Assembly (NCBI GenBank): GCA_965601665.1
Contig: OZ271833.1
Location: 2,724,376-2,788,375 of the forward strand
Source: Gammaproteobacteria bacterium
GTDB taxonomy: Bacteria; Pseudomonadota; Gammaproteobacteria; Eutrophobiales; Eutrophobiaceae
Length of the DNA stretch: 64,000 nucleotides
Direction: 5' to 3'
Shown: in pieces, positions 1 to 7,971 of the stretch
Layout of the letters: every line of letters starts with the position of its first letter
How positions within the stretch are numbered: the first letter of the stretch is position 1
Notes under the pieces: generated by a model
What the model saw: only the letters and a program-made list of their open reading frames with translations
Database searches by the model: none
What the model was told of the DNA's origin: nothing
Position numbers and translations under genes: made by a program

Positions 1-498
1 TCATACAAGGAAACACAAAGGGGAAGATATCAGTGGGATAAAGTGAAATTAAAATTTCCGGTGGTCGGCGATATCATTTACCGGGCAACCTTGGCAAGGT
101 TTGCACGTTCATTTTCAATGGGTCTTAAGTCAGGTGTGCCGCTGATTCAGGCAATGACGGTTGTTTCCCGATCTGTTGATAATGAATTTATCAGTGAAAA
201 GATACTTGATATGCGTAATGGCATAGAACGTGGTGATTCACTAACCAGAACAGCCGGCATGACCCGTATGTTTACCCCTTTGGTTATTCAAATGCTGTCT
301 GTTGGAGAGGAAACGGGTCAGGTTGACGACATGATGGAAGAAGTTGCTGACTACTATGATCGAGAAGTTGATTACGATATCCAGAACCTGAGTTCAGCAA
401 TAGAACCTGTTGTCATTATTGCCATTGGTGTGATGGTGTTGATTCTGGCGCTGGGCATACTGTTGCCCATGTGGGAGATCTCTACAGTTTTGAAATGA
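1..498 (+). CDS. mshG: T2SS-F/PilC family platform protein, MshG-like (5' partial, frame open from base 1)
   Basis: C-terminal T2SSF repeat (LARFARSFSMGLKSGVPL...VGEETGQVDDMMEEVADYYDREVDY...IEP...LPMW); lies upstream of msh pilin genes. Confidence 0.8.
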   Translation, partial: SYKETQRGRYQWDKVKLKFPVVGDIIYRATLARFARSFSMGLKSGVPLIQAMTVVSRSVDNEFISEKILDMRNGIERGDSLTRTAGMTRMFTPLVIQMLSVGEETGQVDDMMEEVADYYDREVDYDIQNLSSAIEPVVIIAIGVMVLILALGILLPMWEISTVLK

Positions 499-1112
499 TG
501 TACATAGCGCATCGTTGGCGGGATCGTAATCTCAGTCGACTGGAACTTGTGGTTGTATTGTTGTTGTTCGTACTGTTTGTTTTTTTTATATTGCAAAGGG
601 CAATTAATGTGTTTGCAGTAGCGGAAAAAAATTATCTGGACTATACGGTTGCAAATATAGACACTGCGTTGCGCCTGCAATCGCTGATTTACTTTAGTAA
701 TAATAAGCTTGAGGAATTAGGCGAGCTAGTAGATTCAAACCCCATGCGCTTTATGGAACTACAGGAAACAGACGACTTAAAAAGTTTTTATGAAGATACC
801 AGGGGCGCCAAACAGGCGATAGAACAACTATATTCTATTCAACCATCAAATTACCTTGGCGAACTCTTTCGTCCCGATCTGGATAACCTGAAAAAAGGGT
901 CATGGTATTTCGATGTTGAGCTAAAAAAACTTGTTTATATTGTTATTAATACCGAACGTTTTTTTACAAAGCTGGAAGGCAAGAAAAGGATTATTTTTTC
1001 TATCGTATTTGATTATGAAGATATAAACGGCGATGGTATTTTTCAAGAAAAAACCGATATATTTAATCGACTTTTTCTAAAGGCAGATAATAAATATGAA
1101 TGGCTTAACTAG
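495..1112 (+). CDS. MshF-like pilin-like protein with a degenerate class III signal
   Basis: ATG at 495 overlaps the mshG TGA (ATGA); N-terminal LSRLELVVV hydrophobic helix; NPM...NYLGE...GSWYFD pattern resembles MshF-type proteins; position after mshG. Confidence 0.55.
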   Translation: MMYIAHRWRDRNLSRLELVVVLLLFVLFVFFILQRAINVFAVAEKNYLDYTVANIDTALRLQSLIYFSNNKLEELGELVDSNPMRFMELQETDDLKSFYEDTRGAKQAIEQLYSIQPSNYLGELFRPDLDNLKKGSWYFDVELKKLVYIVINTERFFTKLEGKKRIIFSIVFDYEDINGDGIFQEKTDIFNRLFLKADNKYEWLN

Positions 1113-1136
1113 AAAAGTAGCGGGCGGGAGCAAACT

Positions 1137-1727
1137 ATGGACCTGCAACTAAGTTCGATTATAAAGGAAAGCCTGTATTATTTCAGTATATTGGTGCTGA
1201 TTGTAGGCTTTTTATTACTGCTTTTACCATCCATGTTCATTGAACAATCCGGCAAGTTTAACGCCTGGATAGATACGGATAAATACTTTAACTTTGTTAA
1301 CCGGACGCATACAACAGAACGTAAGTTTTATAAATACAGTCGGTATATAGCGGCCTGCATGTTGGTGCTTTGTTTATATATTCTTTACACGTTAACGATA
1401 GTGATTAGTGATGAAGACGTAGCAAGATTAATCGGTATTAGTTTCTTTTCGAGCATGATCAATGAATGGTTGGCTGAAGCACTACGCTACATACTGATCT
1501 GCTTCAACGTCGTCGCCCTGTTTTTGAGTATTGTGCTGTTAATTCGTCCAAGCGCAATAAAGGGACTGGAAGCAGTAGCAAATACATGGTTCAAAAGCGA
1601 CAGTGCATTACAGGCACTCGATCAATCCTATGACGTGGCAGAAAAGACGATGACGCCACTCAAACTACGAATTATAGGCATGCTGGTCATTATCACATGC
1701 CTGTACATACTGGTTTTCATGTATTAA
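1137..1727 (+). CDS. Hypothetical membrane protein with about 4 TM helices and an internal two-fold repeat
   Basis: GGGAG SD upstream; four hydrophobic segments; two halves share PS..N.W..D...E..R.I...CLYIL. Confidence 0.7.
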   Translation: MDLQLSSIIKESLYYFSILVLIVGFLLLLLPSMFIEQSGKFNAWIDTDKYFNFVNRTHTTERKFYKYSRYIAACMLVLCLYILYTLTIVISDEDVARLIGISFFSSMINEWLAEALRYILICFNVVALFLSIVLLIRPSAIKGLEAVANTWFKSDSALQALDQSYDVAEKTMTPLKLRIIGMLVIITCLYILVFMY

Positions 1728-1885
1728 AGACACAGGAGGAGAAGACAAACCTGATTCACATGTTATGTTATTGAATTTGTTTTATTTTTTTGATGAACTA
1801 AACTTAACAGTTGTAATACTGACACAGCATTGCGATGTACGTGTCATTCTCTAACAGGATTGCGATCCGCTAACAGAGGAAATCT

Positions 1886-2305
1886 ATGATGAAAAAGCAA
1901 AGTGGTTTTACCTTGATCGAACTGGTCGTGGTGTTTGTCATTCTTGGCATTCTCGCGGCTACTGCTGTTCCACGATTTACTACCGTAACAAACCAGAGTC
2001 GCACGGCCGTCGCTGACGGTATAACTGGATCCATTCAGTCGGCCGCAGTGATTGCATACGCCGCGAACTCGGGCGCAGCCTCGACCGCACAAAATATCGT
2101 ATCGGAAGTAGCGTGCGATACCAGTGAGTCGCCGGTGAATATTAATATTGCCGGTGGTGCTGCAGATATCGTCTGTGATGGTACATTTGGTCAATTAATT
2201 GGCGTGGGTCCTTGCACCGGTACTACTCCAAATACAGTTATCGTGACTGTTGGGGGACAAGCTGGTACCACCAGGAACATCCCTGCTGGATTATGTTCTG
2301 GTTAA
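1886..2305 (+). CDS. mshA: Major type IVa pilin, MshA-like
   Basis: Prepilin motif KQSG|FTLIELVVVFVILGILAATAVPRF; AGAGGA SD; long AT-rich upstream gap and terminator directly downstream, as expected for a highly expressed major pilin. Confidence 0.8.
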   Translation: MMKKQSGFTLIELVVVFVILGILAATAVPRFTTVTNQSRTAVADGITGSIQSAAVIAYAANSGAASTAQNIVSEVACDTSESPVNINIAGGAADIVCDGTFGQLIGVGPCTGTTPNTVIVTVGGQAGTTRNIPAGLCSG

Positions 2306-4146
2306 CCGGTCAAAACCCGGAGAGTACTAGAAAAAACAGGGCGTTGTTGCCCTGTTTTTTTTTGACCCTAGCGTTATTGATCACGCTGGCAGGATCGTTA
2401 TATTTCAGTCATATCCTGCTGTTTTTGCCGCTTGCAATAGGAATCATCTGCATAGCTATTGCTGCAACTGAGCAGGTCAAATGGACATGGTTAACGCTGA
2501 CGCTATGTCTATTTATTATCAATGTGTTTATCAGCATATTCATTTACAGCCCGGTTTATGATGCTGCCGCCGCCTATTATATTTGTTATCTGGTTCTTGG
2601 CTATTTGCTAGCGAGCACCCTGTTAATGAGACATGTGTTGACTCTTTATAAAATCGTTGTATCCGTCTTCCTCGTGTTGTCGGTTTGGGCGCTTGTACAG
2701 CATTTTACCGGCGAGTTTTATTTATCAAAAAGTTCAGCGCCTAATACTATTTTTACAACAAAAAACACCTTTGCAGCCGCACTTAATTTTGTCCTTTTAC
2801 CGATTAGCATTCTTGCTTGTACCAAACATGGTCAACGTTGGCACTATATAGTGACAATAGTACTTTTTTGTGGGCTTCTGGTTTCGATCAGTCGAGGTGC
2901 TTATATTGCTTTCACTGTTGGGTTTATTTTTGTCAGTTTTTATGCATTCCGCTTTGTCAAGTCTTTCAGTCGTAAGCGCTGGTTAATGTTGCTTCTATCC
3001 TTTGTTTGTTTTGTTGGGATGATTAATTTTAACGGCGCTGCATACATGGTGAATCATATTTTCAACGCAGACGAAATAAGCGGTCTTAAAGTGTTGAAGT
3101 TAAATAAAATGGTAAAAGGTAGTTCCTGGAAAGACCGAATTTATTATTATGATATAGCATTCAAGCAGATAAAGGATAGCCCTTTAAAAGGCTATGGCTA
3201 TTTAAACTATAAATATTATTTTCATGTCGACAAATCGCCGGAGCTTTATGGTCAAAATCGCTATGGCGGGTTTGTTCATAATGATTATCTGCAGATTTGG
3301 CTGGAAACCGGACTGATCGGGTTAACTCTATTGATCGTGCTTGTGGGTCTTGTTTATTACTATGTGCATAAAGTTGTATCAACAGGAATGGATTCAAGTG
3401 TCAAGATTACAGCTATTGCAATTGGCGGTGCCTTAACGGCATATTTTATTCATGCACTGGTTGATTTTGTATTATACCCGCCGTTATTGCTGTTACTGTT
3501 TGGATCGTATCTTGCCTATTTAAATCGACTGCTGCCGGAACAGAAAGTCAATTTCAGCAGGTTCGAGGCCGTTTATCACATATTAGGTACAAGGACGATA
3601 CTATTAAAGACTGTTATTGCCACATTATTGTTGGCGTGGTTATCTCAACCGGCTATTGCTGAGGCTTTCTGGTTGGCTGGCAATGATAAAATGCAAAAGC
3701 AGCAATATGGTGAAGCACTGAATCACTACCTGACGGCAATCAATTTCGCAGATTATAACGTCGATTATTATTTTAATGCGGGTCGAATATATTTCACATC
3801 TGCAGAATCAACGGGTAATCGACAGCATGCAAAAGAAGCGGATATGCTTTTTGAACGAGCGTCTGAGGTAAACCAGTTTGAGTATCACAACAGGTTTGCA
3901 CGTATCAAACTGCATCGGGACCATGCTGATTTGCTTGATAATCCTGCAACCAGGGAACAAATTCTGGCGTGGTTTGAGCATATACTCTACTGGCAACCTG
4001 TGCATCAATTTATTATGCAAGAGTATATAAAAACGCTGGTTCAGTTCGAACAAACCGAGTCTGCAAAAATTCAATATAAAGCTTATAGAGACTATTTTCC
4101 CTCTGATGATGAATTGGCTAGACTATTAGAGAAGCAGGTAAAATGA
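2293..4146 (+). CDS. O-antigen ligase family (Wzy_C; WaaL/PglL/TfpO-like O-oligosaccharyltransferase) with C-terminal TPR-like region; start uncertain (ATG 2293 or TTG 2362)
   Basis: Many TM segments; N.FAA.L, SISRGAYI, R..YY.IA...I..SPL.GYG and HNDYLQIWLETGLIG motifs typical of O-antigen ligase family; helical TPR-like tail (ALNHYLTAINFADYNVDYYFNAGRIY). Confidence 0.85.
   Translation: MFWLTGQNPESTRKNRALLPCFFLTLALLITLAGSLYFSHILLFLPLAIGIICIAIAATEQVKWTWLTLTLCLFIINVFISIFIYSPVYDAAAAYYICYLVLGYLLASTLLMRHVLTLYKIVVSVFLVLSVWALVQHFTGEFYLSKSSAPNTIFTTKNTFAAALNFVLLPISILACTKHGQRWHYIVTIVLFCGLLVSISRGAYIAFTVGFIFVSFYAFRFVKSFSRKRWLMLLLSFVCFVGMINFNGAAYMVNHIFNADEISGLKVLKLNKMVKGSSWKDRIYYYDIAFKQIKDSPLKGYGYLNYKYYFHVDKSPELYGQNRYGGFVHNDYLQIWLETGLIGLTLLIVLVGLVYYYVHKVVSTGMDSSVKITAIAIGGALTAYFIHALVDFVLYPPLLLLLFGSYLAYLNRLLPEQKVNFSRFEAVYHILGTRTILLKTVIATLLLAWLSQPAIAEAFWLAGNDKMQKQQYGEALNHYLTAINFADYNVDYYFNAGRIYFTSAESTGNRQHAKEADMLFERASEVNQFEYHNRFARIKLHRDHADLLDNPATREQILAWFEHILYWQPVHQFIMQEYIKTLVQFEQTESAKIQYKAYRDYFPSDDELARLLEKQVK
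2331..2363 (+). terminator. Intrinsic terminator after the major pilin (possibly bidirectional)
   Basis: AAAAAACAGGGC-GTTGTT-GCCCTG followed by T9. Confidence 0.8.
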
Positions 4147-4169
4147 CTGGTAGCTACTAATTAACGTAG

Positions 4170-4607
4170 ATGAAATGCACAACTATTAATCGCTCGATAG
4201 GTTTTACCCTAATTGAACTAATCATTGTCCTTCTCGTTGCAGCAATTCTTGCGGCAACGGTATTCCCTAACCTTAATATCAATATATTCCGTCAAATTGG
4301 CGGCGTGCAACAGGCAACAGCGGCAATACGTTATGCACAGAAGCAGGCAATTACCAGTGGCTGTCAGGTGGACGTGCAAATTACCAGTTCTAATTGCGCG
4401 TTGAACTGGAATGGCTGTACTGCAGCAGCAATCCTGAATCCGGCGACGGGGGATGCGAACTTTTGTGATAATAGTGACCCAGGTGTAAGCCCTGCTGTTA
4501 GTTTTAGTTTTAATAATATAGGCGTGCCTTCTGCACCACAAACGATCATTTTTTCCAATGGTAGAACGCTCAATGTAGAGGCGAATACGGGTTTCATCTA
4601 TGAATAA
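4170..4607 (+). CDS. mshC: Minor pilin, MshC-like
   Basis: G|FTLIELIIV prepilin motif; AIRYAQKQA and F..IG.P...NVEANTGFI (GspH/FimT/MshC-type); gene order. Confidence 0.7.
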   Translation: MKCTTINRSIGFTLIELIIVLLVAAILAATVFPNLNINIFRQIGGVQQATAAIRYAQKQAITSGCQVDVQITSSNCALNWNGCTAAAILNPATGDANFCDNSDPGVSPAVSFSFNNIGVPSAPQTIIFSNGRTLNVEANTGFIYE

Positions 4608-5175
4608 GCGCGCGACAGGTTTTACGTTACTGGAGTTAATTGTTGCTATTGTTGTGCTGGGCATAGGCGTGGCCGGTTTTGCGCAATTAATCAACACAGC
4701 AACCATAAACAGTGTCGATCCGCAATTGCGTCAGCAGGCACACGCGATTGCGCGTTCGTACCTGGAGGAGATTGCGCTTAAGCCTTTTTGCGATCCGGAT
4801 TTTGATCCGGATGCGGATCCAGCTACCCGTTGTAGTGCCGATTGTAGTGTTTCAGCTTGCACTACTGGTTTCCCCAATGCCTGTGGCGGTCCTAATGAGG
4901 CATCTGGCGGAGAAGGAACCAACCGTGCCTTGTTCGACGATATTTGTGACTTTGTGAATTTGCCAGATAACCTTGTACGCGATCAGAGTAATGTATTAAT
5001 CAGTGCGTTAAGTGATTACCGGGTGACAGTATCAGTAGCTGACGCAACGGGTAATAGCCTAAATGGCCTTAGTTCCGACACCAGTGGACGCTTTGTCAGG
5101 TTTGATGTCAATGTGACAAATACAAACAATAGTAATATTGATGTATCAATCAGTTCATACCGGATCAATTTTTAA
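4600..5175 (+). CDS. mshD: Minor pilin, MshD-like
   Basis: G|FTLLELIV; SVDP..RQQA..IA.SYLEEI..KPF; R..FDD..DF; C-terminal YRINF typical of MshD. Confidence 0.75.
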   Translation: MNKRATGFTLLELIVAIVVLGIGVAGFAQLINTATINSVDPQLRQQAHAIARSYLEEIALKPFCDPDFDPDADPATRCSADCSVSACTTGFPNACGGPNEASGGEGTNRALFDDICDFVNLPDNLVRDQSNVLISALSDYRVTVSVADATGNSLNGLSSDTSGRFVRFDVNVTNTNNSNIDVSISSYRINF

Positions 5176-6068
5176 TGGCGTGTTATCACAAAGGCAGAGT
5201 GTCTAATTTCGGGTTCACATTGCTTGAATTGATAATCGTTATACTCGTTATTTCGATACTCGCAGGTGTGGTGGTGACGATTTTGCGAGGACCGGTACTA
5301 CAGTATGTCCAGGTTGAACAACGTGCCAACCTGGTCGATATTGCTGAAACCGCATTACTAAGAATGACCCGGGAGATTAGACTCGCCTTGCCCAACAGTG
5401 TGCGCATATCAGATGGTAGCCCATTATCAAGTTGTGACATTTCTGTGAATTCGGTATGCGCACTCGAGTTCCTGCGCACGCTGGACGGTGCAAGATACCG
5501 TAAACAGGGTTCCAATCGTCTCAAGTTCAACAGACAAGTTGATACCTTTGAATACTTTGGCACGATGAATAACGCGGGCGCGATCGCTACAGGTGGTTCT
5601 GGTCAATCAGACTGTTATGTAGCCAATGCGACAGTCGATTGCATGGTGGTATTTAACACGGGCCAGGCAGGCGCCAATGCCTATAACTATGATAACCTTG
5701 CCGCAGTCACATCTATTTCTGTTGGTTCGCCAAACCTTTTGGGTTTTAATCTTACACCTGTATTGCGTTTTCCTTATGAGTCTCCAAACCAGCGTTTTTT
5801 TATCGTTGATACCGCTGTCAGTTTTGTCTGCTCCGGTTCAGAGATCAGGCGCTATTTTAACCACTTAATTGAAATTACACAGCGGGCACCGCCGCTAAGC
5901 GGTACTTCTAACCTGTTGGTAAACCAGATCTCTGCATGCACGGTTGATTATGATCCTGGCACGGCAACACGTAGTGGCCTGGTAACACTCGGTATTACTG
6001 TCCGTGATAATGATATTGGTCAGGAAGTGACATTATTGCAACAGGCACATGTTGATAACCAGCCATGA
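5175..6068 (+). CDS. mshO: Minor pilin, MshO-like
   Basis: G|FTLLELII; RMTREIRLALPNSVR; SP.QRFFIV; C-terminal EVTLLQQAHVDNQP typical of MshO. Confidence 0.8.
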   Translation: MACYHKGRVSNFGFTLLELIIVILVISILAGVVVTILRGPVLQYVQVEQRANLVDIAETALLRMTREIRLALPNSVRISDGSPLSSCDISVNSVCALEFLRTLDGARYRKQGSNRLKFNRQVDTFEYFGTMNNAGAIATGGSGQSDCYVANATVDCMVVFNTGQAGANAYNYDNLAAVTSISVGSPNLLGFNLTPVLRFPYESPNQRFFIVDTAVSFVCSGSEIRRYFNHLIEITQRAPPLSGTSNLLVNQISACTVDYDPGTATRSGLVTLGITVRDNDIGQEVTLLQQAHVDNQP

Positions 6069-6493
6069 AAGCAATGAAAAACAGACAAGCCGGATTTAGT
6101 GCAGTCATTGCCATCGTGCTGATCGTCGTGTTTGCTTTACTGGGCTCTTACATGTCGACATTGACAAATGTCAGCGCGGTAAATACGGCTCAATCCGGAC
6201 AATCAATACAGGCATGGTTTGCAGCAAGAACAGGTCTGGAATGGGCGGTCTATGATGCAATTCAAAATGGTGCTGCAGGTCTGAACTGTAATGGAGCTGG
6301 ACCTTCGTTTCCCCTGAGTGGCGGCAGTACAGGGGGCTTCACGATACAGCTTTCCTGTATTTCGACCGCTGTCAACGAGGGGGGCAGTGCGTACAACGTG
6401 TTCAATCTCACGTCTATAGCTTCGAAGAACGCAATCGGCACGGTTACCTATTCATCCAGGACAATCACTGCATCCATTACTGATGCTCCCTAG
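6065..6493 (+). CDS. mshP: Minor pilin, MshP-like (PilX-type, lacks Glu5)
   Basis: QAG|FSAVIAIVLIVV; QAWFAARTGLEWA motif; ATGA coupling to mshO. Confidence 0.75.
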   Translation: MKAMKNRQAGFSAVIAIVLIVVFALLGSYMSTLTNVSAVNTAQSGQSIQAWFAARTGLEWAVYDAIQNGAAGLNCNGAGPSFPLSGGSTGGFTIQLSCISTAVNEGGSAYNVFNLTSIASKNAIGTVTYSSRTITASITDAP

Positions 6494-6953
6494 TGCAACC
6501 GGTATAGCTATTCTGTCGCCAAGCCTCGTAGACAATTATGCTGGCCGCATTGGAAAGGTTCAGACTGCGGCTATCCCCCAGCATGGGAATATGCAGTACC
6601 TGTGTATCTGGAAGGGTGGCAAGGATTTCTACCGGTAAACCTCGTGTTTCGGGACCAAACAGGAAACTGTCGCCTGTCTTGAATCTTCCCATGGAATAAT
6701 CCTGCTGACCGTCGGTTTCAATCGCGAAGAGCGTACCAATGCCTGCGTTATCGAGGTAGTCCTGATAACTTTCATAGTGATGTACAATAGACTGGTCGAT
6801 ATAATCAAGGCCGGCCCTGCGCAGGCTTTTTTCATCCATACCGAAACCCAGTGGGTGGATAAGGTGCAGTTGAGAACCGCTATTTGCACAAAGACGCATG
6901 ATATTCCCGGTGTTGGGGGGTATCTCAGGTTCAAATAACACGATATTAAACAT
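6477..6953 (-). CDS. trmL: tRNA (cytidine/uridine(34)-2'-O)-methyltransferase
   Basis: MFNIVLFEPEIPPNTGNIMRLCAN; FGPETRGLP; SRSLNLSNA SPOUT motifs; start moved to ATG 6953. Confidence 0.95.
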   Translation of the reverse strand: MFNIVLFEPEIPPNTGNIMRLCANSGSQLHLIHPLGFGMDEKSLRRAGLDYIDQSIVHHYESYQDYLDNAGIGTLFAIETDGQQDYSMGRFKTGDSFLFGPETRGLPVEILATLPDTQVLHIPMLGDSRSLNLSNAASIIVYEAWRQNSYTGCTREHQ

Positions 6954-6974
6954 AACCGGATTGTATAGCGCCAG

Positions 6975-7949
6975 ATGACAAACGCCAGCATTAACAAACT
7001 CTCCCTCAGTGATGCGGATAAACAAAAAATCGCCACAGATTTTTGTGGTGTACCGTTTGCCACACCGCTGGTACTCCTATCGGGCTGTGTGGGCTTTGGC
7101 GAGGAATACACACGTATTACCGGTTTTTCCAATACTGATGTTGGCGCTATCTGTTTAAAAGGAACCACTTTGGAGCCGCGATTGGGCAACAGCCCGCATC
7201 GTATTGCTGAAACCTATATGGGTATGTTGAATGCCATTGGTCTACAGAACCCGGGTTCCAAGATCGTCGTTGATGACTATCTGCCCAACCTGGATTTCAC
7301 CGAAACGCGTTTCATCGCCAACCTTTCAGGCTCCACTGTTGAGGAATATGCCGAGGTGACGCGTATCTTTGATGACTCACCAATAGATGCGATGGAAATA
7401 AATATTTCCTGCCCAAACGTCAAGGAAGGCGGGGTAGCCTTTGGCAACGATCCGGATATGTCAGCCCGGGTCGTGGAGGTGTGCCGCAAGGCGACTAGTA
7501 AACCTATTATTACCAAGCTATCTCCTAACCAGACCGATATTGCTGAAAATGCCCGGCGTTGTATTGAAGCGGGTACGGATGGGTTTGCAGTTATCAATAC
7601 GCTGATGGGGATGGCTATTGACATAGAATCGCGTAAACCGATTATCGGTAATAACCAGGGTGGCCTCTCTGGTCCGGCAATCAAACCTATTGCATTGCTA
7701 AAGGTGCACCAGGTTTACCAGGTGGCGAAACAACATGGCGTACCTATTATCGGCCAGGGCGGTATCACCACCGTCGAGGATACGATCGAATTTATCATTG
7801 CCGGCGCTTCGGCTATTGGTATTGGGACAGCACTGTTCTACGAACCGTTGATTTGCCCTCGATTAAACAAGGGTATCGTCGATTACCTGGATAAGCATGG
7901 TATCAACCATGTTTCCGAACTGGTCGGTTCCCTGGAGTTAAATGACTAA
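6975..7949 (+). CDS. pyrD: Dihydroorotate dehydrogenase, class 1 (1B-like catalytic subunit)
   Basis: MLNAIGLQNPG, EINISCPNVK (catalytic Cys), KLSPN, INTL.GMAID, GGLSGPAIKPIAL; no N-terminal membrane/quinone domain. Confidence 0.9.
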   Translation: MTNASINKLSLSDADKQKIATDFCGVPFATPLVLLSGCVGFGEEYTRITGFSNTDVGAICLKGTTLEPRLGNSPHRIAETYMGMLNAIGLQNPGSKIVVDDYLPNLDFTETRFIANLSGSTVEEYAEVTRIFDDSPIDAMEINISCPNVKEGGVAFGNDPDMSARVVEVCRKATSKPIITKLSPNQTDIAENARRCIEAGTDGFAVINTLMGMAIDIESRKPIIGNNQGGLSGPAIKPIALLKVHQVYQVAKQHGVPIIGQGGITTVEDTIEFIIAGASAIGIGTALFYEPLICPRLNKGIVDYLDKHGINHVSELVGSLELND

Positions 7950-7971
7950 CCGTAGTAGTTCATCCTGACTA

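Noticed and set aside
1820-1835. Possible sigma54 promoter TGACAC-AGCA-TTGC upstream of the major pilin
   Set aside because: Lacks the invariant GG, and the spacing is one base short.
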